From a bacterium (lineage in GTDB: Bacteria; Patescibacteriota; Gracilibacteria; UBA1369; PNNO01), in assembly GCA_021158225.1 (NCBI GenBank), contig JAGGUZ010000005.1:18882-82881 (forward strand): DNA of 64,000 bases, given 5' to 3'. Shown here one piece after another: positions 58,733 to 64,000 of the stretch. The notes beneath the pieces are model-generated. The model did not search any database, was not told where the DNA came from, and was given only the letters and a program-made list of their open reading frames with translations. Within the stretch, counting starts at the first letter, position 1. Every line of letters starts with the position of its first letter. A program made the translations under genes and the position numbers.

Positions 58733-61250
58733 CTGAATTTAAATCAATACCAATACGAGTAGCTATTTCTTGATCTACAAACTCCTTTTTTCTCCCGTAT
58801 TTCATTCGTGAATATTCTTTAACAATTTCAGCTACTTTCTTATTTGATTTTGAAGTATCCCAGATTGTTTCAAGAGAAAAAGGTCTGGAAGTTGTATTAT
58901 TAATGTTTAGCTTAATATAAGCTTTGTAATTTGCTATACCAAGAACATCCGCCCGGGTTAGTACGGGAGCATACTCCTTTGACATATATTCAGCATCATC
59001 CGCACCAACTTTAAATGACATCATTGTTCCCACATTACCAAATACGGCATCGCGAACTGAAGTATCTTGCTTTTTTTCAAGCTGCTTTATGTATTGATGC
59101 GCCATAATGAGTGCAAGGCGATACTTACGAGCTTCTGACAATATGGAACAAAAACTGTCAGTAGCAAAATTTTGGAACTCATCCACATAAAGATAAAAAT
59201 CTTTACGCTGATCCTCGGGCATATCCGCCCTACTCATAGCTGCCATTTGTATACGAGCAACAACTATAAGCCCAAGAAGCTGTGTATTTAAATCCCCGAT
59301 TTTACCTTTTGAAAGATTAATAAGAAGTATTTTTTGACTATCCATGACTTCCCTAAAATTAAACGCGGATTTGGTTTGTCCGATAGTATTACGCATAATC
59401 GAATTTGTAATAAACGGTCCGAATTTAGATGAGAAATATGGAATCATTTCTTGTCTTTCCCTCTCACCCGTATGCGCATATTCCTGTTCCCAAAATGCTT
59501 TTACAACAGGATTCCTAACTTTTGAGACTTTGTATTTCATGAAATCATCATCAACAAATATTCTTGGAACATCTATTAAAGTTGCTCCCTCCTCTTTATC
59601 TTCCATTAAAGTTAAGCAGGCATTTCTAAAATAATGTTGAATTCGAGGGCCGAAAATTTCATCACCAAATAATTTAATAAAAATTTCAGTAGCTTGACTT
59701 GAAGCAAGATCTTGCTCTTCCGGTGTTTTTACTTCCAAAATATTAAGTCCCATCGGCCTTTCTTGATCAGCCGGATTAAACACAATCACATCTTTAGCGC
59801 GTTCTTTTGGAACATAAGTTAAAAGATCCTCAATAAGATCCCCATGCGGATCAACCACGCAAACACCATCACCATTCCACATATCTTGTCTTACCATAAA
59901 ACTTATCAATGCTGATTTACCTGCACCCGATTTACCAATTATATATTGATGCCTTGTCCTATCTCCTCTCATTATTCTTACTTTACGCCTTACCCCACGA
60001 TACACATTGTCTCCAAGGTAAACACCTTCTTCCGGCAAATCCACCGGAGCCGGAACAATCTTGTATTTAAGCCATTTAATAATCGGAGTATAGTTGTATC
60101 TGCTATTTGGAAAGTGATATATACCGGAAAGCTCCTGTGGAACCAAAATAGATGATTTCTCATGTATAAGCGGAATAAGCCTAAAAGCTTGGAGCCTGTT
60201 CTTAAAAGTATGAAAAAGAAGTTTATCGTTAATAGAATCTATTATTATCATTCTTCTTGTCTGAAACCAGTTTGAAGCCGCGTTCTTAAACAAATTAAGA
60301 GCAAGAATCATATTCATAGCAATTTTAAAAGCCTGCGTCTCTGTTTTTGAGGTAGCCACTATACGAATAATTGTATCAAATCCAACCTGATTCGATTTTT
60401 CACCTATTCCTTTTGCAACTTCTTCTTTTGTTTGAAGCATACGAACATACTGACTTCCTTCCGGAGCTCCGGTATTCATATCTTTTTTAATTTTGTCATA
60501 TCCGAATAATAATCCTTGAAAAGCGGTAAAAATCCATCCGAGTATTGGAATTTTAATAAAACCGTTTTTCCCTCCTTTTCCAAGAAACAAATTTGTTCCG
60601 ACATGTTCGGCTTTTTTACGCCATTTATCTGAACGTGGACTTATAACAAGCTGAAAAACCGCTTTATCATCTTCTCCCAATTTGGAAAGCACATTTGTTA
60701 AATCGTTAAGAGGATCGTTTTCAATTTTTCTATATGTCTTAATCGGATATGCACTGTTTTTTGCCAAATATGCATAGTGACTTCTTAATTTATGACCTTT
60801 AGGTAATATGTCATAAGCTTGAGTATATTGAATATCCGCATCCGGATAATATGAAGTAATTTGTTTTTCGATAAGATCTTGAAAACGCTTGTATGTAACC
60901 ACATAAAACATAACCTCTTTATTCATTACTACAAGTTCAAAAGAAACCATGTCAAGATTTAAAATAAGATTCCTTATTCTATTCCCTATTGTTAGCTCAC
61001 GAATTTCACTTAGATTCCTGTAAAGCTGTTCCATTATCCCAATTTTTTCTTTAAAATCTTTCTCCGTAGCTTTTTCTTTATCTTGCTGAGTATCTGTCCG
61101 AGGAAGAGTAATTCTCATATAAACAAGGTGTTTTGCTTCTCTTAAAGCCATTAGGTATCTGAAAACAACAACAAAATACTTAAAACCAAAAATAACCGCC
61201 AAAATTAGAACAGTCCACCAGAAAATATTATTTATAATTTCACCCCACAT
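58725..61250 (-). CDS. VirD4/TraG/HerA-like coupling ATPase (CPR type)
   Basis: N-terminal TM, H.YIIGKSGAGKS Walker A, DPHGD, LYVDEFQNF Walker B, SEARKYRL, AHQY..QL. Confidence 0.88.
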   Translation of the reverse strand: MWGEIINNIFWWTVLILAVIFGFKYFVVVFRYLMALREAKHLVYMRITLPRTDTQQDKEKATEKDFKEKIGIMEQLYRNLSEIRELTIGNRIRNLILNLDMVSFELVVMNKEVMFYVVTYKRFQDLIEKQITSYYPDADIQYTQAYDILPKGHKLRSHYAYLAKNSAYPIKTYRKIENDPLNDLTNVLSKLGEDDKAVFQLVISPRSDKWRKKAEHVGTNLFLGKGGKNGFIKIPILGWIFTAFQGLLFGYDKIKKDMNTGAPEGSQYVRMLQTKEEVAKGIGEKSNQVGFDTIIRIVATSKTETQAFKIAMNMILALNLFKNAASNWFQTRRMIIIDSINDKLLFHTFKNRLQAFRLIPLIHEKSSILVPQELSGIYHFPNSRYNYTPIIKWLKYKIVPAPVDLPEEGVYLGDNVYRGVRRKVRIMRGDRTRHQYIIGKSGAGKSALISFMVRQDMWNGDGVCVVDPHGDLIEDLLTYVPKERAKDVIVFNPADQERPMGLNILEVKTPEEQDLASSQATEIFIKLFGDEIFGPRIQHYFRNACLTLMEDKEEGATLIDVPRIFVDDDFMKYKVSKVRNPVVKAFWEQEYAHTGERERQEMIPYFSSKFGPFITNSIMRNTIGQTKSAFNFREVMDSQKILLINLSKGKIGDLNTQLLGLIVVARIQMAAMSRADMPEDQRKDFYLYVDEFQNFATDSFCSILSEARKYRLALIMAHQYIKQLEKKQDTSVRDAVFGNVGTMMSFKVGADDAEYMSKEYAPVLTRADVLGIANYKAYIKLNINNTTSRPFSLETIWDTSKSNKKVAEIVKEYSRMKYGRKKEFVDQEIATRIGIDLNSDE

Positions 61251-61497
61251 ATGTATTTTTGTTTATTTTCTATATATTTTAGCACAAATAAGCCAAATTT
61301 ACAATACTAGAGCTTGCCAAAAATTGGAGTTTTGTTGTCGATAAACCTAAACCTAAAGTTCGTTAAGATACAACCTTAACTTATTTTTATATATTAGATA
61401 AACATTTTGCACTTCAAGAAGCCGTTTTTATTTAAATTTCTACCCTGTGGCAGAAACATGCTAAACACCCTCCCACTTAATTTTTCTATAGAAAAAT

Positions 61498-62901
61498 TTA
61501 CCTGATTATTTTTTCCATTAAATAATCCCCCAATTCATCAATCTTCACTCTTTCTTGTTTTGCCGAATCTCTATCACGCACTGTAACAGCATTATCCTCT
61601 AAAGAGTCATAGTCTATGGTAAGCGCAAAAGGAGTCCCTATCTCATCTTGCCGTCTATATCTTTTCCCAATACTTCCAGTTATATCAAAATCCAATGCGA
61701 AATCGTTTTTTAAGAGATCGAATATTTCCTCCGATTTTTTAAGCAATTCCGGTTTTTTCATAAGTGGCAATACAGCAACCTTAAACGGAGCAACATTTGG
61801 TTTCAATTTAAGCACTACTCTGGTTTCTTTGTTGCCTTTCGCATCTTCTATCTCCTCTTCGTTATAAGCGTTAAAAAGAACCATCAAAAGCGTTCTGCTA
61901 AGTCCAAATGTAGGTTCAATGACATGTGGAATAAATTTCTCTCCGCTTTCTTGATCAAAATATGTCATATCTTGCCCACTATTTTCCTGATGATTTTTTA
62001 GATCAAAATCTGTTCTGTAAGCAAGGCCGTAAAGCTCTTTCCATCCAAAAGGTGTGTTATATTCAATATCAACTGTTCTTTTTGAGTAATGAGAAAGCTC
62101 ATTTTTGGTATGCTCTCTAACACGAGTGTTCTCCTTATCTATCCCAACAATACCAAGCCATTTATGCATTTCTTCAAGCCAATAGTCGAATTTTTCTTTC
62201 CACATATCTTCCTTAATAAAATATTCAAATTCCATTAAATCAAATTCAAGTGTTCTAAAAATAAAATTCCCCGGAGTTATTTCGTTTCTAAAAGCTTTCC
62301 CGGCAGATGCAATTCCAAAAGGAAGCTTTTTTCTTGTTGTATTAAGTACATTTTTAAAATTTACAAACATTCCTTGCGCTATCTCCCCTCTTAAATATAC
62401 CGGCTCCGTATTCTCCGAAGTAGGACCTATATGTGTCTCGAACAAAAGATTAAAAGTTCTTACATCTGTAAAATCAGTTGCTCCGCAATTTGGACATTTA
62501 ATATTGTTTTCCTTTATTATTTTTGTTAAATCCTCCGGACTTAGCCCCTCAACTTTTACATTTTCAAGAGCATCTTCAATAAGATGATCCGCCCTATATC
62601 TTTTCTTACACGCTTTACAGTCAATTTGTGTGTCGTTAAAATTATCAACATGCCCAGAAGCTTGCCAGACTTTCGGATTCATAAATATTGCGGCATCAAT
62701 TCCAACTACATCCCTTCTACTATGAACAAAAAACTTCCACCAAGCTTGCAAAATATTATTTCTAAGCTCAACACCAAGAGGACCTAAATCCCAAGTATTG
62801 GCAAGTCCACCATAAATTTCCGATCCTTGAAACACAAAACCTCTCCTTTTACATAGAGAAACAACTTTTTCCATTAAATCAGGATTATTCTCATTATTCA
62901 T
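61498..62901 (-). CDS. glyQS: Glycine--tRNA ligase, homodimeric (alpha2) type
   Basis: LCKRRGF....EIYGG, W.ASGH, FRNEITPG, SHYS, PHVIEP, IGKRYRRQDEIGTP. Confidence 0.97.
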   Translation of the reverse strand: MNNENNPDLMEKVVSLCKRRGFVFQGSEIYGGLANTWDLGPLGVELRNNILQAWWKFFVHSRRDVVGIDAAIFMNPKVWQASGHVDNFNDTQIDCKACKKRYRADHLIEDALENVKVEGLSPEDLTKIIKENNIKCPNCGATDFTDVRTFNLLFETHIGPTSENTEPVYLRGEIAQGMFVNFKNVLNTTRKKLPFGIASAGKAFRNEITPGNFIFRTLEFDLMEFEYFIKEDMWKEKFDYWLEEMHKWLGIVGIDKENTRVREHTKNELSHYSKRTVDIEYNTPFGWKELYGLAYRTDFDLKNHQENSGQDMTYFDQESGEKFIPHVIEPTFGLSRTLLMVLFNAYNEEEIEDAKGNKETRVVLKLKPNVAPFKVAVLPLMKKPELLKKSEEIFDLLKNDFALDFDITGSIGKRYRRQDEIGTPFALTIDYDSLEDNAVTVRDRDSAKQERVKIDELGDYLMEKIIR

Positions 62902-62913
62902 AAATAAAGTTTT

Positions 62914-63351
62914 TTAAGATTCAATCATAAAAGTAACCGGTCCGTCGTTAATCAATTTCACTTCCATCATGGCTCCGAATTTTCCCGTCTTAACTTCTTT
63001 TATTTTCTCTTTACACTTATCTATAAAATATTCATAAAATTTGTTTGCCTTCTCCGGAGAAGCACTATCACCAAAATCGGGACGTCTCCCATTTTTTGTA
63101 CTTCCACATAAAGTAAATTGTGAAATAATCAATATTTGCCCATTTATATCTTTTAAAGATAAATCCATCGGTTTACTTTCCGAAGCAAAAATTCTTAATT
63201 CGGTAATTTTATTTACCAAGAAATCAGCATCTTTATATTCATCATTTTTACATATACCAAGAAACACCAATAAACCATTGTTTATTTTACCGATTGTCTC
63301 ACCGTTAATCGCAACCGATGAACTTTTAACTCTTTGAATTAGTGCTTTCAT
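62914..63351 (-). CDS. dtd: D-aminoacyl-tRNA deacylase
   Basis: MKALIQRV, SQFTL, GRRP.F, FGAMM.V.L.NDGPVT. Confidence 0.97.
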   Translation of the reverse strand: MKALIQRVKSSSVAINGETIGKINNGLLVFLGICKNDEYKDADFLVNKITELRIFASESKPMDLSLKDINGQILIISQFTLCGSTKNGRRPDFGDSASPEKANKFYEYFIDKCKEKIKEVKTGKFGAMMEVKLINDGPVTFMIES

Positions 63352-63595
63352 TCTTCTTGTTTTTTAAGTCTAGTACGGCATTTGAAAGAATTTTTAAAAA
63401 ACTTTCAGCCGTATCGTGGCTTACATTAACACGACTTGTAACTTTAATGGTAGTTGGTTTTACATTTGGAAGTATGTATCCAAAATCGAATACCATTTCA
63501 TTTTTATTTACATGAACAGAAACAGCATTACTGTAAACTCCGGTTTCTTGAGTTTGGTCAAACTTTACTTGAATTTTCTTCTTTTCTTCTTCCAT
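63326..63595 (-). CDS. DUF3467-like protein
   Basis: GVYSN...V.....E...DF..........V.SRV pattern. Confidence 0.75.
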   Translation of the reverse strand: MEEEKKKIQVKFDQTQETGVYSNAVSVHVNKNEMVFDFGYILPNVKPTTIKVTSRVNVSHDTAESFLKILSNAVLDLKNKKNESTNSKS

Positions 63596-63648
63596 AATAA
63601 ATGATTGTTAAAATTAGTTAGTTAGTAAGTTAAATTGATTATAGCAAT

Positions 63649-64000
63649 TTATTTCTTTCCCGCCAATTGTCCGCACGCTGCATTTATATCTTGCCCCAAA
63701 CTTACTCTAACTGTCACTTGAATATGGTTAGAAAGTAAAACATTTTTAAATTTGTTTATCTTCTTTTTATCAGATCCTTTAATATTTTTAATAGATGTTT
63801 CGTTATACGGAATAATATTAACAAGGCAAAGCATTCCTCTAAGCAAAGATGCAAGTTCATAAGCATTTTTTTCACTATCGTTAATACCCGCCAACATCAC
63901 ATATTCAAAAGTTATTCTTCTATGAGTAGTTTGGATATAGTCTTCACAGGTTTTCATCAATTGATCCAGCGGATATTTTTTTGATATCGGCATAATTTCA
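63649..64000 (-). CDS. rlmN: Dual-specificity RNA methyltransferase RlmN, C-terminal part
   Basis: RRITFEYVML.GIND, VNIIPYN, G.DI.AACGQL; 5' part lies outside the window. Confidence 0.95.
   Translation of the reverse strand, partial: EIMPISKKYPLDQLMKTCEDYIQTTHRRITFEYVMLAGINDSEKNAYELASLLRGMLCLVNIIPYNETSIKNIKGSDKKKINKFKNVLLSNHIQVTVRVSLGQDINAACGQLAGKK

Overview
AT-rich, gene-dense chromosomal segment, most likely from a Patescibacteria (CPR) genome resembling Peregrinibacteria. This is inferred from gene content: CPR-type pilin, stand-alone VirD4-like ATPase, SLH and Ig surface proteins, TrmB regulator, and mostly Shine-Dalgarno-less leaders. TGA works as a stop (ATGA overlaps in pabA/pabB and obgE/pth), so the code is 11, not 25. 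About 55 CDS, mostly housekeeping (pgk, ribH/E/BA, fmt, coaE, gatB, recG, tyrS, rplU, pth, obgE, uvrC, der, rpsB, tsf, queA, cysS, murC, glyQS, dtd, rlmN), plus three tRNAs (Leu-CAA, fMet, Met). No CRISPR array, integrase or transposase was seen. Best leads: (1) a head-to-head Elp3 plus Trm9/ALKBH8-like methyltransferase pair, suggesting a eukaryote/archaea-type mcm5U34 tRNA pathway in a bacterium; (2) one protein fusing a RimK-related ATP-grasp ligase, a degenerate retropepsin and a MATCAP/DUF1704 carboxypeptidase, downstream of a PKD-7TM gene (possible peptide-tag writer/eraser); (3) a split Rsb-type partner-switching circuit tied to an NTT-like transporter-HEAT protein and a PrsW protease; (4) an unannotated ~100-nt RNA with its own promoter and terminator; (5) a CarS-family lipid gene; (6) UvrC with a large internal insertion. 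All family assignments come from motif recognition by eye; no searches were run.
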